Origin: Negativicutes bacterium
Lineage (GTDB): Bacteria > Bacillota > Negativicutes > UBA1444
Assembly: GCA_963665275.2 (NCBI GenBank)
Contig: CAXXIN010000007.1
Location: forward strand, 1 to 64,000
Direction: 5' to 3'
DNA length: 64,000 nt
This document shows, in pieces, positions 1-10,238 of the stretch. Position 1 is the first letter of the stretch. Every line of letters begins with the position of its first letter. The notes beneath the pieces were generated by a model. It saw only the letters and a program-made list of their open reading frames with translations. It made no database searches and was not told the origin of the DNA. Both the position numbers and the translations under genes were made by a program.

Positions 1-41
1 ATCTTGAACCATCATTCATTCTCCTCTCTTCGATCACTTTG

Positions 42-59
42 CAGTGAATTTTTTCACAG
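42..59. promoter_or_regulatory. Rex-like operator upstream of a minus-strand gene that starts near nt 12-19 and runs off the window
   Basis: CAGTGAATTTTTTCACAG matches TTGTGAA-N4-TTCACAA with an intact GTGAA/TTCAC core; RBS (AGGAG on minus) at 21-25. Confidence 0.45.
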
Positions 60-67
60 ACTCATTT

Positions 68-111
68 AAAAAGGACTGTCCGACGGACCTATCAGAGTCC
101 GCCGGACAGTC
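68..111 (-). terminator. Intrinsic terminator of the thl-bcd-etf operon
   Basis: Stem GACTGTCCG...CGGACAGTC followed by a T-tract on the minus strand, ~40 nt after the etfA stop. Confidence 0.7.
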
Positions 112-149
112 TGATCAGTTCGGTGCGTAGTATTCAGCCGTTGACTGTT

Positions 150-1353
150 TTATTTGCAGGAGGCTTTGTACTTCGCGAATTCAGCCGTCAGTAACGGCAG
201 GACTTCCATGACATCCCCTACGATACCGTAATCGGCAACTTTGAAAATAGGAGCATCGAGATCCTTGTTAATCGCAATGATGGTGTCTGACGAGGACATG
301 CCTGCCAGATGCTGAATAGCGCCGGAAATACCGCAGGCAAAGTAGATCTTGGGGCCAACAGTTTTACCGGTCTGTCCGACTTGGTGCAGTGCAGGTTTCC
401 AACCAGCGTCGACCGCTGCGCGGGAAGCGCCAACCGCTCCACCGAGGACATTTGCCAACTCTTCGATTGCGGCAAAATTCTCCGGCTTGTTCATCCCACG
501 TCCACCGGAAACGATGATGTCCGCTTCTTCCAGTTTGCAATTGGAGGTGCAAACCGAAATGATTTCCAGCAGTTTGACTTTCAAGTCTTCCGCTTTGACT
601 TTGCTGGCCACTTTGATCACTTCGCCGGTTCGGCCGGGATCAGCAACGGGCCGTTTGAACACTTTGGGCCGTACGGTTCCCATCTGCGGACGGTGATCAG
701 GGCAGAGGATGTCAGCCATGATATTGCCGCCGAATGCCGGACGGGTCCAGATCACTAGACGGGTTTCGGGATCAATGCCGAGGCCGGTGCAGTCGGCGCA
801 AAGGCCGGTGCGTGTCCGGGCCGCAACGCGAGGTCCGAGATCCCTGCCGTCGTTGGTCGCGCCGACCAAAACAGCGAGCGGGTTTGTATGTTTTAATCAA
901 ATCGACGAAAGCAACCGTATAGGCTTCCGTATCGTAGTGGGAATACTCGGGACCTTCCACTAGATAGACTTTGTCGGCGCCGCTGGCGATCAGTTCGCTG
1001 GTCATGCCTGCTACCTGATTGCCGATCAATACGGCGGCCACTTCTTCTCCGAGTTCGTCGGCCAGTTTGCGGGCTTCGCCCAGCAGTTCGTGGGCAACCC
1101 CCTTGATTTGACCTTCGCTTTGTTCAGCGAAGACCCAGACACCTTTGTACTCGGTTTTGTCCATGGAAACGGTGCGCTCGATTTCTTCCCGATAAATTGC
1201 CTCTACGGGGCATACGGAAACACAAGCTCCGCACATGGTGCATTTTTCAGTGATATACGCTTTGCCTTCCTGCATTACGATCGCATCGAACGGGCAAGCA
1301 GGAACACAGGCGCCGCAACCAACGCATTTGTTCTGATTGACGATTACAGCCAT
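150..1353 (-). CDS. etfA: Electron transfer flavoprotein alpha subunit with N-terminal 2x[4Fe-4S] ferredoxin domain; split by a +1 frameshift at ~880-882
   Basis: ORF 772..1353 has two CxxCxxCxxxCP motifs plus the EtfA N-terminus; ORF 150..869 has SGGRG, GASRAAVD, QVGQTGK and GISGAIQH; removing one C from the CCC run joins them as KTYKPLAVLVGATNDGRD. Confidence 0.9.
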
Positions 1354-1372
1354 TTCATTGTCCCTCCTTGCC

Positions 1373-2158
1373 TCAGATTATTTTGGCGTCGCTGAGCTTT
1401 TGCATCAACGCCGCAACTGATTTTTGAGCAGTTTCTTCCTGGATCAGTTCACCTTGGTTCCGCTGTTTCGGTGTGAAAATCCGGCGGACTTGGGTCGGGG
1501 ATCCCGGCATGCCGATCCGTTTTTCATCGGCCCCGATTTCGGCCGCTGTCCACACGGGAATCTGAGCCCGATTGGCTTTCATGGTCCCTTTGACTGTCGG
1601 GAAACGAGGTTCGGCGATCGATTTGACCACCGTCACCACGATCGGCAGTGGAGCTTCCATGATTTCATAGCCGTCTTCATGCTCGCGGTCAACCTTGATC
1701 ACATTACCGTTGACTTCGATCTTAGCAGCATACGTGATTTGAGGGAATCCGAGGTTTTCGGCAATGCCGGGGCCCACTTGCGCGGTGTCGCCGTCAATCG
1801 CCTGTTTGCCGCAGATGATGAGATCAACCGGGCCCATCTTCTCGATAGAGGTTGACAAGGCATATGCTGTGGCCAGCGTATCGGCGCCACCAAAGGCCCG
1901 GTCACTTACGAGCACCGCTTCATCGGCGCCCATGGCAAGACATTCTTTCAGAGCATCCGCAGCTTGCGGTGGTCCCATGGAAATGACTCTGACTCTTCCA
2001 CCATGTTTTTCTTTCAGTTGCAGGGCCACTTCCACCGCGATTTTGTCGAACGGATTGACAATGCTCGGCACGCCTTCGCGGATCAGGGTGTTTTTTACCG
2101 GGTCGATTTTAACTTCCGTTGTGTCAGGCACTTGCTTGACACAGACCACGATTTCCAT
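1373..2158 (-). CDS. etfB: Electron transfer flavoprotein beta subunit
   Basis: VCVKQVPDT, DRAFGGADTLAT and GKQAIDGDTAQVG motifs. Confidence 0.95.
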   Translation of the reverse strand: MEIVVCVKQVPDTTEVKIDPVKNTLIREGVPSIVNPFDKIAVEVALQLKEKHGGRVRVISMGPPQAADALKECLAMGADEAVLVSDRAFGGADTLATAYALSTSIEKMGPVDLIICGKQAIDGDTAQVGPGIAENLGFPQITYAAKIEVNGNVIKVDREHEDGYEIMEAPLPIVVTVVKSIAEPRFPTVKGTMKANRAQIPVWTAAEIGADEKRIGMPGSPTQVRRIFTPKQRNQGELIQEETAQKSVAALMQKLSDAKII

Positions 2159-2195
2159 TGATAAGGTACCTCCTTAATTTCGAAGTGATATGTAC

Positions 2196-3332
2196 TTACC
2201 GAAGCACCGCGCCACCGATGACCATACGCTGCGCCTGGTTCGTGCCTTCGTAGATCTGGCAGATTTTTGCATCCCGCATGTAGCGTTCTGTCGGATATTC
2301 GCGGATGTAACCGTAGCCGCCGAGGATCTGCACGGCGTCCGTTGTGACTTCCATTGCAATATCGGAAGCAAACAATTTAGCCATAGCCGCTTCTTTGGAG
2401 TAAGGTTTATGGGCATCTTTAAATGCGGCTGCACGATAAACCAGCAAGCGGGCTGCATCGATTTTGGTCGCCATGTCGGCGATCATGAAGGAAATAGCCT
2501 GATTGGCGGAAATCGGTTTGCCGAATTGAACGCGTTCTTTGGAATATTTCACGGCGGCATCGAATGCGGCCTGCGCAATTCCCAGAGCCTGAGCCGCGAC
2601 GCCGATGCGGCCGCCGTCAAGCGTACTCATGGCGATCTTGAAGCCTTCGCCTTCTTTGCCGAGCAAATTGGCAACCGGAACTTTGACGTCCTGGAAAATC
2701 AGTTCCATGGTCTGTGAGGACCGTATCCCCATTTTATGCTCTTTCTTGCCAAATGTGAAGCCTGGCATGCCTTTTTCCATAATAAATGCAGAGATTCCGC
2801 GCATCCCTTTGGCCTTGTCTGTCATGGCAAACACAATGTATACTTCGGCTTCGCCGGCATTGGTAATGAAAATTTTGCTACCGTTGATGATGTAATTATC
2901 GCCGTCAAGAATCGCTACGGTCTGCTGTCCACCGGCGTCCGTACCTGCACCTGGCTCCGTCAATCCGAAGGCGCCCATCTTGACTCCTTCAGCCAAAGGT
3001 TTGAGGTATTTTTGTTTCTGTTCTTCAGTTCCATAAGCAAAAATAGGCCATGCACAAAGGGAAACTGTAGCTGAGAGGGAAATCCCCAGACCGGAGTCCG
3101 CTTTGCAGATCTCTTCGATTGCCAGGATATAGCTCAGGACGTCGCCGTCCGCTCCGCCATATTGTTCCGGGAAGCAGATGCTCGAGAGTCCCAGTCCGAC
3201 CATTTCATCATACAGAGGACGGGAAAAAGCTTCGTGCTCATCTCTTTCCTCGGCGCCGGGAGCGACTTGCTTTTCGGCGAAATCGCGGGCAACTTTTTGC
3301 ATCATCTTTTGGTCTTCTGTCAGTTCAAACAT
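2196..3332 (-). CDS. bcd: Butyryl-CoA/short-chain acyl-CoA dehydrogenase
   Basis: FGLTEPGAGTD, NGSKIFITN, GGYGYIREYP and IYEGTNQ motifs; start placed at MFELTED behind an RBS. Confidence 0.9.
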   Translation of the reverse strand: MFELTEDQKMMQKVARDFAEKQVAPGAEERDEHEAFSRPLYDEMVGLGLSSICFPEQYGGADGDVLSYILAIEEICKADSGLGISLSATVSLCAWPIFAYGTEEQKQKYLKPLAEGVKMGAFGLTEPGAGTDAGGQQTVAILDGDNYIINGSKIFITNAGEAEVYIVFAMTDKAKGMRGISAFIMEKGMPGFTFGKKEHKMGIRSSQTMELIFQDVKVPVANLLGKEGEGFKIAMSTLDGGRIGVAAQALGIAQAAFDAAVKYSKERVQFGKPISANQAISFMIADMATKIDAARLLVYRAAAFKDAHKPYSKEAAMAKLFASDIAMEVTTDAVQILGGYGYIREYPTERYMRDAKICQIYEGTNQAQRMVIGGAVLR

Positions 3333-3440
3333 TTTTTTTACCCCTTTCTTCTTTGTTTTTTTGCATAACATATGCACCGGGAGCTCCCAGAGCCCCCGGC
3401 GCAATTACCGCCGATGGCTGGTATTCCTTGACCGTAAAAA

Positions 3441-4619
3441 TTACAGGCGTTCGATGATGGTGGCGCAACCTTGGCCGCCACCGATGCACAGCGTCGCCAG
3501 GCCGATTTTTTTGTTCTGCTGTTCAAGTGAATGCAACAATGTGACCAAAATACGAGCCCCGCTGGCGCCGATCGGATGCCCGATCGCGATGGCTCCACCG
3601 TGAATGTTTACTTTTTCCGCCGGCCAGCCTAATTCCTTGCCGACTGCTAAAAATTGCGCAGCAAAAGCTTCGTTGGCTTCAATCAGATCCAGTTGATCGA
3701 TGGTCAGTCCTGCTTTGGCCAATGCCTTACGCGTGGCGGGCACCGGTCCCATCCCCATGATGGATGGATCAACGCCGCCGGAACCGTAGCCGAGGATTCG
3801 GGCCAACGGTTTGAGACCCAGTGCTTTGGCCTTGTCGGCAGTCATCAGCACCAATGCGGCAGACCCGTCATTGATCCCGGAAGCATTGCCGGCTGTAACC
3901 GTTCCATCTTTCTTGAAGGCGGGTTTGAGACAGGCCAGTTTAGCAAGAGCCGCATCACGTTTAGGGAATTCATCGGTATCGAAAATCACGTCGCCTTTTT
4001 TGCCTTTAATGACGACAGGTAATATTTCTTTTTTGAAACTGCCGTCATCAATCGCTTTGACAGCCTTGGTCTGCGATTCAAAAGCCAGCTGATCCTGAGC
4101 TTCCCGCGTGATACCGAATTTTTCGGCCACGTTTTCAGCAGTTATCCCCATGTGATAATCATTGAATGCACACCAAAGGCCATCCTGAATCATGACATCC
4201 ACGAGCTTCGAGTTCCCCATCCGCAGACCCCAGCGGACTTTATCAAGAACATAGGGAGCTTGTGTCATGCTCTCCGTTCCGCCTGCGACGATGATGTCCG
4301 CATCCTCACACATCAGTGCCTGTGCAGCCAGATTGACAGTCTTCAGACCAGAGCCGCAAACTTTGTTCACTGTGAAGGAAGGTGTTGTGTCGGGAATTCC
4401 GGCCTTGATTGAACACTGCCGGGCTACGTTCTGTCCGAGGCCTGCCTGAAGTACGTTGCCAAAGATGACCTCATCCACTTGATTGGGTTTCAGTTGCGCT
4501 CTCTTGACCGCCTCAGCGATGGTCAAAGCTCCCATTTCCGCCGCAGATAATGAGGCTAATCCTCCATTGAAGGATCCGACAGGTGTGCGCACTGCGCTGA
4601 CGATGACAACTTCTTTCAT
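3441..4619 (-). CDS. thlA: Acetyl-CoA acetyltransferase (thiolase)
   Basis: [23 protein letters not shown] and CIGGGQG catalytic motifs. Confidence 0.95.
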   Translation of the reverse strand: MKEVVIVSAVRTPVGSFNGGLASLSAAEMGALTIAEAVKRAQLKPNQVDEVIFGNVLQAGLGQNVARQCSIKAGIPDTTPSFTVNKVCGSGLKTVNLAAQALMCEDADIIVAGGTESMTQAPYVLDKVRWGLRMGNSKLVDVMIQDGLWCAFNDYHMGITAENVAEKFGITREAQDQLAFESQTKAVKAIDDGSFKKEILPVVIKGKKGDVIFDTDEFPKRDAALAKLACLKPAFKKDGTVTAGNASGINDGSAALVLMTADKAKALGLKPLARILGYGSGGVDPSIMGMGPVPATRKALAKAGLTIDQLDLIEANEAFAAQFLAVGKELGWPAEKVNIHGGAIAIGHPIGASGARILVTLLHSLEQQNKKIGLATLCIGGGQGCATIIERL

Positions 4620-4649
4620 AAAAACATATCCCCTTTCCCTACAAAATAG

Positions 4650-4679
4650 ATCGTACCATTATTCACATACTTAATGCAA
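4650..4679 (-). promoter_or_regulatory. Putative sigma-A promoter of the thl-bcd-etf operon
   Basis: Minus strand TTGCAT-18 nt-TACGAT with a TGn extension. Confidence 0.4.
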
Positions 4680-4682
4680 GTA

Positions 4683-7600
4683 TCATGCCAGAATTACCGA
4701 CCCCGACCCCAAAATGTCCTCAATCCGCTTTACAGCGATTGGAGACGGGTTTATCCAAAAGTTCTTGTCCGTTTTTATGATCCGCTTTTGGTCCAACAAT
4801 TGCAAAAATACAATGGCATCCCCGTGACAGGAAGTGAAAATCTGCTTCAAGCGGTCAAATGTCTCGGGCGTTTCCTGTTCCCTGCGAATATTAATGCGCA
4901 CCTCCTGAGCATTTTTTTGTCCAAGCGGCTTCACGGACTCTGCAATGATTTTGATTTTATCGTCTGTGATGCTGACGCGACCCCGAACCGTAATTGCACG
5001 GTCGATAGTCAACAAAGGGCCCGCCCGTTCAAACGTGCGTGGAAAAGCAATGACTTCCACCGCGCCTGTGAAATCTTCGAGGGTGACGAAACACATGGTT
5101 TCACCATTTTTCGTCGGAATGCGTTTAGCGGCCATCACGATTCCGGCAATCTGAACTGTTTGATTGTCTGTACACTCATTAGACACTAATGTCCCAATGG
5201 GAGACAATCCTTTGAGTTGCTCGCGATATTCATCCAGTGGATGTCCCGTCACAAAGAAGCCTGTCATTTCCTTCTCCATGGCCAGAATCTGCGGCTTCGG
5301 CAGTTCCTCCATGTCCGGGGGAACCAATTCCTGAAAGGCATCCGTCGGTTCATCGCCAAACAATCCCATCTGCCCGCTGGCTTTGTCTTTCTGGCGGGAT
5401 GCCGCCAAGTCCACAGCCTGCTCGCTGACCGCCAGCAGTTGCGACCGTCGCCAGCCTGTCGAGTCAAAAGCACCGCATTTAATCAGACTCTCCAGAACCC
5501 TTTTATTGACCAGACGCGTATCAATGCGTTCGCAGAAATCAACCAGTGATTTAAAATCACCTTCCTGACGGGCTTTCAAAATGCTCTCAATAGCTCCATC
5601 GCCCACATTTTTCACACCAGCCAGCCCAAACCGAACCGATGCAGCTTCGACGGAAAAGCTGAGGCCGCTGCGATTGATATCCGGCGGCAGAATTTTGATC
5701 CCCTGCTTGCGACATTCTTCGATGAAATAGCCGACCCGACCACTGTCCCCCATGACACTGGTCAACATCGCCGCCATGAATTCTTCCGGATAATGAGCTT
5801 TCAGATAGGCCGTCTGATAGGCGACCAAGGCATAGGCGGCGCTGTGCGATTTATTGAAGCCATAATCAGCGAATTTTTCCATCAGGCTGAACACTTCGTT
5901 GGCGATGGCTGCATCAACGCCTTGTCCGGCTGCTCCGGCCAAAAATCGTTCCCGCTGGGCCGCCAGCACATCGTGCTTCTTTTTGCCCATGGCCCGCCGC
6001 AGCAGGTCCGCCTGACCCAGAGTGAATCCGCCCATCACGGAGGCGATCTGCATCACCTGCTCCTGATAGAGAATGACGCCGAAAGTGTCCCGCAAAATCG
6101 GTTCCAGCAACGGGTGTTGGTAGGCGACTGTCTTGGCGCCGTGCCGCCCGCGCACGAAGTCCTCCACCATCCCGCTGTTCAAGGGACCTGGGCGATAGAG
6201 AGCTACCAAAGGGATCAGGTCCTCAAACTGCTGTGGACGCAATTCTTTGACCAGATTCGTCATGCCGCCCGATTCCATCTGAAAAACGCCCACGGTTTCC
6301 CCGCGGGATAACATTTCACAGGTGGCCGCATCCGCCAGCGGAATTTGTTCCATGTCGACGTCGATGCCCCGGTTGTCCCGCAGCATATCCACCGCATCAC
6401 CGATCACCGTCAGGGTTCGCAGTCCCAGCAAATCCATCTTCAAAAAGCCGATTTCTTCGATACAGTCCTTGTCGAACTGGGTCGTGATGAAACCGTCCGC
6501 CGAACTCTGCACCGGAACCTGACAATTCAAGGAATCCCTGGCGATCACCAGCCCTGCTGCATGGGTCGAAGCATGGCGCGGCAAGCCTTCCAGCGACATC
6601 GCCAGATCGAGAATTTTCCGGGCCGTGGCATCCGTGTCATAGGCGCTTTTCAGCTCCTGGCTCATGGCCAGAGCCTCTTTCAGCGTAATATTCAATACCG
6701 TCGGAATCATTTTGGCAATCCGATCGACTTCACCAAACGGTGCATTCAAAGCCCGTCCCACATCTCGGATTGCAGCGCGGGCCGCCATTGTTCCGAAAGT
6801 GATGATCTGCGCTACATGGTCGGCGCCGTAGCGAGACGAGACGTATTCGATAATTTTGCCGCGGCGCACGTAGCAAAAGTCGATATCGATATCCGGCATT
6901 GTTATCCGCTCAGGGTTCAGGAACCGTTCGAACAGCAGCCCGTACTTCAACGGATCGATATTGGTGATCTTCAGCAGATACGCGACAATGCTGCCGGCGG
7001 CCGAACCACGTCCAGGTCCGACAGGAATGCGCGATTCGCGGGCGAAGCGGACGAAATCCCAGACAATCAAAAAATAGCTGGCGAATCCCATGCTGCCGAT
7101 AACAGAAAGTTCGTAGTCCAGTCTCTCCTGCTCAAGGCTACCGGCTGCAGGGTAACGGACAGGCAATGCCGCCATGCATAGCTCCCGCAGATAGTTTTCC
7201 GCCGTTTCTCCTGGCGGCAGGGGAAAATCCGGCAGTTTTAGGTTGCCGAATTCAAATTCAACCTGACAGCGATCCGCTATCCGGCAGGTGTTGCTCATTG
7301 CTTCAGGGTACTCGGGAAACAGCGCCGCCATTTCTTCGCCGGACTTCAGATAAAATTCCGGCGACGGGAATCGCATGCGTCCGACATCTTCAACGCACTT
7401 GCCTGTCTGAATGCACAGGAGCACATCATGGGCATCCGCATCAGAACGGTCGATGTAATGGATATCATTGGTGGCCACCAGCCCGACGCCCAGTTTCCTG
7501 GCCAGTTCCACCAGTTTCGGATTGGCTTCTTGCTGTTCCGGAATTCCATGATCCTGAAGCTCGATGAAAAAATTATCCGGGCCAAAAATATTCGAATAGT

Positions 7601-8081
7601 CGCGGGCAGCTGCTTCCGCGCCAGCCATGTCACCTTTTAATATCAGCGAAGGAACTTCGCCCGCAATACAGGCGCTGAGACCGATCAGCCCTTCATGATG
7701 CTGCGCCAGCAGTTCCTTGTCGATGCGGGGTTTATAATAAAACCCTTCGGTATAAGCTCTGGAGACAAGCTCGACCAATTGGCTGTAACCGGCCTGTGTC
7801 TCGGCCAGCAATATCAAATGATAATAAGACTCGCCTTCTATCGCAATCTTGTCGAACCGGCTCCGTGGCGCAATATACACCTCACAGCCGATAATCGGTT
7901 TGACTCCGTACTTTTTGGCCTGTTTATAAAATTCGACAGCTCCATACATATTGCCGTGGTCGGTTAGGGCAACAGATTTCATCCCCGCTTCGCCGGCCCG
8001 TCGAACGAGATCGCTTATCCGTCCGGCGCCGTCTAGCAAACTGTATTCACTGTGTACATGAAGATGGACAAAATCAGACAT
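4683..8081 (-). CDS. dnaE: DNA polymerase III alpha subunit
   Basis: PHP domain FVHLHVHSEYSLLDG, GRGSAAGS, PDIDIDF, FNKSHSAAY and C-terminal OB fold; start at MSDFVH. Confidence 0.97.
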   Translation of the reverse strand: MSDFVHLHVHSEYSLLDGAGRISDLVRRAGEAGMKSVALTDHGNMYGAVEFYKQAKKYGVKPIIGCEVYIAPRSRFDKIAIEGESYYHLILLAETQAGYSQLVELVSRAYTEGFYYKPRIDKELLAQHHEGLIGLSACIAGEVPSLILKGDMAGAEAAARDYSNIFGPDNFFIELQDHGIPEQQEANPKLVELARKLGVGLVATNDIHYIDRSDADAHDVLLCIQTGKCVEDVGRMRFPSPEFYLKSGEEMAALFPEYPEAMSNTCRIADRCQVEFEFGNLKLPDFPLPPGETAENYLRELCMAALPVRYPAAGSLEQERLDYELSVIGSMGFASYFLIVWDFVRFARESRIPVGPGRGSAAGSIVAYLLKITNIDPLKYGLLFERFLNPERITMPDIDIDFCYVRRGKIIEYVSSRYGADHVAQIITFGTMAARAAIRDVGRALNAPFGEVDRIAKMIPTVLNITLKEALAMSQELKSAYDTDATARKILDLAMSLEGLPRHASTHAAGLVIARDSLNCQVPVQSSADGFITTQFDKDCIEEIGFLKMDLLGLRTLTVIGDAVDMLRDNRGIDVDMEQIPLADAATCEMLSRGETVGVFQMESGGMTNLVKELRPQQFEDLIPLVALYRPGPLNSGMVEDFVRGRHGAKTVAYQHPLLEPILRDTFGVILYQEQVMQIASVMGGFTLGQADLLRRAMGKKKHDVLAAQRERFLAGAAGQGVDAAIANEVFSLMEKFADYGFNKSHSAAYALVAYQTAYLKAHYPEEFMAAMLTSVMGDSGRVGYFIEECRKQGIKILPPDINRSGLSFSVEAASVRFGLAGVKNVGDGAIESILKARQEGDFKSLVDFCERIDTRLVNKRVLESLIKCGAFDSTGWRRSQLLAVSEQAVDLAASRQKDKASGQMGLFGDEPTDAFQELVPPDMEELPKPQILAMEKEMTGFFVTGHPLDEYREQLKGLSPIGTLVSNECTDNQTVQIAGIVMAAKRIPTKNGETMCFVTLEDFTGAVEVIAFPRTFERAGPLLTIDRAITVRGRVSITDDKIKIIAESVKPLGQKNAQEVRINIRREQETPETFDRLKQIFTSCHGDAIVFLQLLDQKRIIKTDKNFWINPSPIAVKRIEDILGSGSVILA

Positions 8082-8463
8082 CCGTTCGCTTCTTCCCTGC
8101 ACCCAGATTTCCATAATAGGAGACGACTTCGTCAACAATGTGCATCGTCGCCGGTACATAGATCTGTACGTTGTCCGAAACCGGGCGGCTACTTCCACCC
8201 AGTACGTAGGCCGCGCCGTCAAGGAAATCGACGATTCGTTGATAGCCCGATTCATCCAGGCACTCGCCATTGATCACCACGCCGCTGCCATTTTTCATGG
8301 CTTCCGCAGACCGGGCGGCATCTTCATAGGAGGAAGGCATATAAACCGCGAACTTTACGTTGTCCGTTTTGTTCGTGCGGCGGGCACTGACTTCTTCGTC
8401 CGCGTTGGATTGTTCTCCGCTTGCAAATCTTCCGGTCATTTTGGACCAGAATCCCTGTCCCAT
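8074..8463 (-). CDS. sepF: SepF family cell division protein
   Basis: PSSYEDA...VVIN...QRIVDFLDGAAYVLGG core of SepF; stop overlaps the dnaE start. Confidence 0.8.
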   Translation of the reverse strand: MGQGFWSKMTGRFASGEQSNADEEVSARRTNKTDNVKFAVYMPSSYEDAARSAEAMKNGSGVVINGECLDESGYQRIVDFLDGAAYVLGGSSRPVSDNVQIYVPATMHIVDEVVSYYGNLGAGKKRTDV

Positions 8464-8486
8464 CTCATTCCCTCCCGTTAGCATCC

Positions 8487-8615
8487 CATTTATCCATCGC
8501 ACAGCCTGTAAGACCCCGCCCTCTTAGGTCGGGGATAAACAGGCTGTAGTTCGAAGTAAATTCGACTAAGATTCAGGTGGTGTTAAAACACCATATGAAT
8601 CAAGTCTACATTTAT
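8487..8615. mobile_element. Non-coding hairpin-rich element, possibly an IS200/IS605-derived MITE/PATE
   Basis: Nested stems ACAGCCTGT..CCCCG..CGGGG..ACAGGCTGT (8501-8547), TCGAA/TTCGA, and GACT..GATTCA..TGGTGTT/AACACCA..TGAATC..GTC (8565-8606); CATTTAT direct repeat at both edges. Confidence 0.5.
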
Positions 8616-10228
8616 AAATTACCCAGCGTTTGGCGGACAAACTTGCGCACCTTAGCCAGGCTTTTCAAAACCACCGCCATCTTAGCTGAATCGGCCGCCA
8701 CTAGATTTTCCAGCTTCTGCTTGTCTTCTACCCACTCGCTGTCCAATTCATTCAATGCGTCCTGCAATTCTTTTCCTGGAGCTTCGACAGCAGCCGGTAG
8801 TTCGGGCGCCGCAGACGTAACCTGCCAGGACCTGCCGTCAAAGGCCACCTCATCCCCATAATGCGGGATATAGGAAGGGATCGACAATTTCTCGGTGATC
8901 GTCATCGACAGAGCCTGGGCGCTTGCCACTTCACCATGGACCAGGAATATATTGGCCGGCTTTTTCGTGAAGCAGGAAAGCCATTTGATGATATCGTCGC
9001 GGTCAGCATGGGCCGATAAGCCCTCCAGATTGTAAATATGGGCTCGAACGCCAATTTCCTCTCCCATAATCCGCACTTTTTTCACGCCTTCGACCAGGCG
9101 GCGACCCAGGCTTCCTTCCGCCTGGAATCCGACGAACAACACACTGCTTTCCTGCCGCCATAGATTATGCTTCAAGTGGTGCAGTATCCGGCCCGCATCA
9201 GCCATGCCGCTCGCCGAAATGATGATGGCGGGAGTCTCCATGTAATTCAGCGCCTTGGATTCCTCGGAGGTCCGTGTAAATCGCAGCTGCGGCATTTCCA
9301 GCGGGTTTTGATGTTCGCTGGCCATCGTGGCTTTTGCTTCCTGATCGTAATATCCGGTATTGCGCCGGAAAATATCGGTGGCGGAAATCGCCAGAGGGCT
9401 GTCGATAATCACCGGCACATCAGGAATCCGGCTGGTCCGGAACAATCGGTGCAGATAATACAGGATGATTTGGGTCCGTCCTACGGCAAAGGCAGGAATA
9501 ATAATATTTCCCTTACGGTCCAGCGTTTCATTGATGATTTCCGCCAACTTGTCTTCCCAGTTGATTTCCGCATGATCCCGATCTCCATAGGTCGATTCCA
9601 TGATGACAAAGTCGGCTGATTTGACGCAGGTCGGATCCTTCAGGATCGGCTGATTCGGACGACCGAGGTCACCGGAAAACAAAAAATCTGTTTCTTTGCC
9701 GGCTTCTGTCGCATGAATTTCCAAAATGGATGACCCGAGAATGTGTCCGGCATCATGGAAATGCACGTGAATTCCTTCCCCGAGGGAAAAATCCACTTCA
9801 TATTCAACCGGGCGGAAATGGGTAAGACATTTCTGCGCATCCTCCACGCTGTATAGCGGCTCCACAGGAGCGCGTCCCATCCGCCGACCCTTGCGGTTCT
9901 CAATTTCAGCGTCAAATTCCTGAATGTAAGCACTATCCGGCAGCATGATGGAACACAGTTCAATCGTCGCTTCCGTAGCATAGATCGGTCCCCGGAATCC
10001 TGCCTTGCATAATTTGGGCAGCAGCCCGCTATGGTCGATATGAGCATGCGTCAGCAACACACATTGGAGTTCCGAGGGCTTGAAGCCGAAGGGGCGTCGG
10101 TTGAGCGCACTGACTATTTTGGAGCCCTGGAACATGCCGCAATCGATCAATATTTTTCGGCCCCCGATTTCCAGCAGATGGCTGGACCCCGTCACGCCCA
10201 TGGTAGCACCCAAAAAAGTCAAATTCAT
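8612..10228 (-). CDS. MBL-fold/beta-CASP RNA-processing nuclease
   Basis: LTHAHIDHSG, AGHILGS, MESTYG, PAFAVGR, SASGM and SAHAD motifs. Confidence 0.9.
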   Translation of the reverse strand: MNLTFLGATMGVTGSSHLLEIGGRKILIDCGMFQGSKIVSALNRRPFGFKPSELQCVLLTHAHIDHSGLLPKLCKAGFRGPIYATEATIELCSIMLPDSAYIQEFDAEIENRKGRRMGRAPVEPLYSVEDAQKCLTHFRPVEYEVDFSLGEGIHVHFHDAGHILGSSILEIHATEAGKETDFLFSGDLGRPNQPILKDPTCVKSADFVIMESTYGDRDHAEINWEDKLAEIINETLDRKGNIIIPAFAVGRTQIILYYLHRLFRTSRIPDVPVIIDSPLAISATDIFRRNTGYYDQEAKATMASEHQNPLEMPQLRFTRTSEESKALNYMETPAIIISASGMADAGRILHHLKHNLWRQESSVLFVGFQAEGSLGRRLVEGVKKVRIMGEEIGVRAHIYNLEGLSAHADRDDIIKWLSCFTKKPANIFLVHGEVASAQALSMTITEKLSIPSYIPHYGDEVAFDGRSWQVTSAAPELPAAVEAPGKELQDALNELDSEWVEDKQKLENLVAADSAKMAVVLKSLAKVRKFVRQTLGNL

Positions 10229-10238
10229 GATCTAAAAT

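Noticed and set aside
880-882. Programmed frameshifting as the cause of the etfA (and livF) shifts
   Set aside because: No slippery heptamer or evident stimulatory structure; error or mutation is simpler
3374-3402. GC-rich hairpin between thl and bcd (a similar one lies at ~47200-47245)
   Set aside because: Imperfect stem with no riboswitch signature; probably an ordinary intra-operon stabiliser
8082-8270. N-terminal extension of DnaE given in the ORF track
   Set aside because: Overlaps sepF in another frame; the conserved PHP start is MSDFVH at 8081
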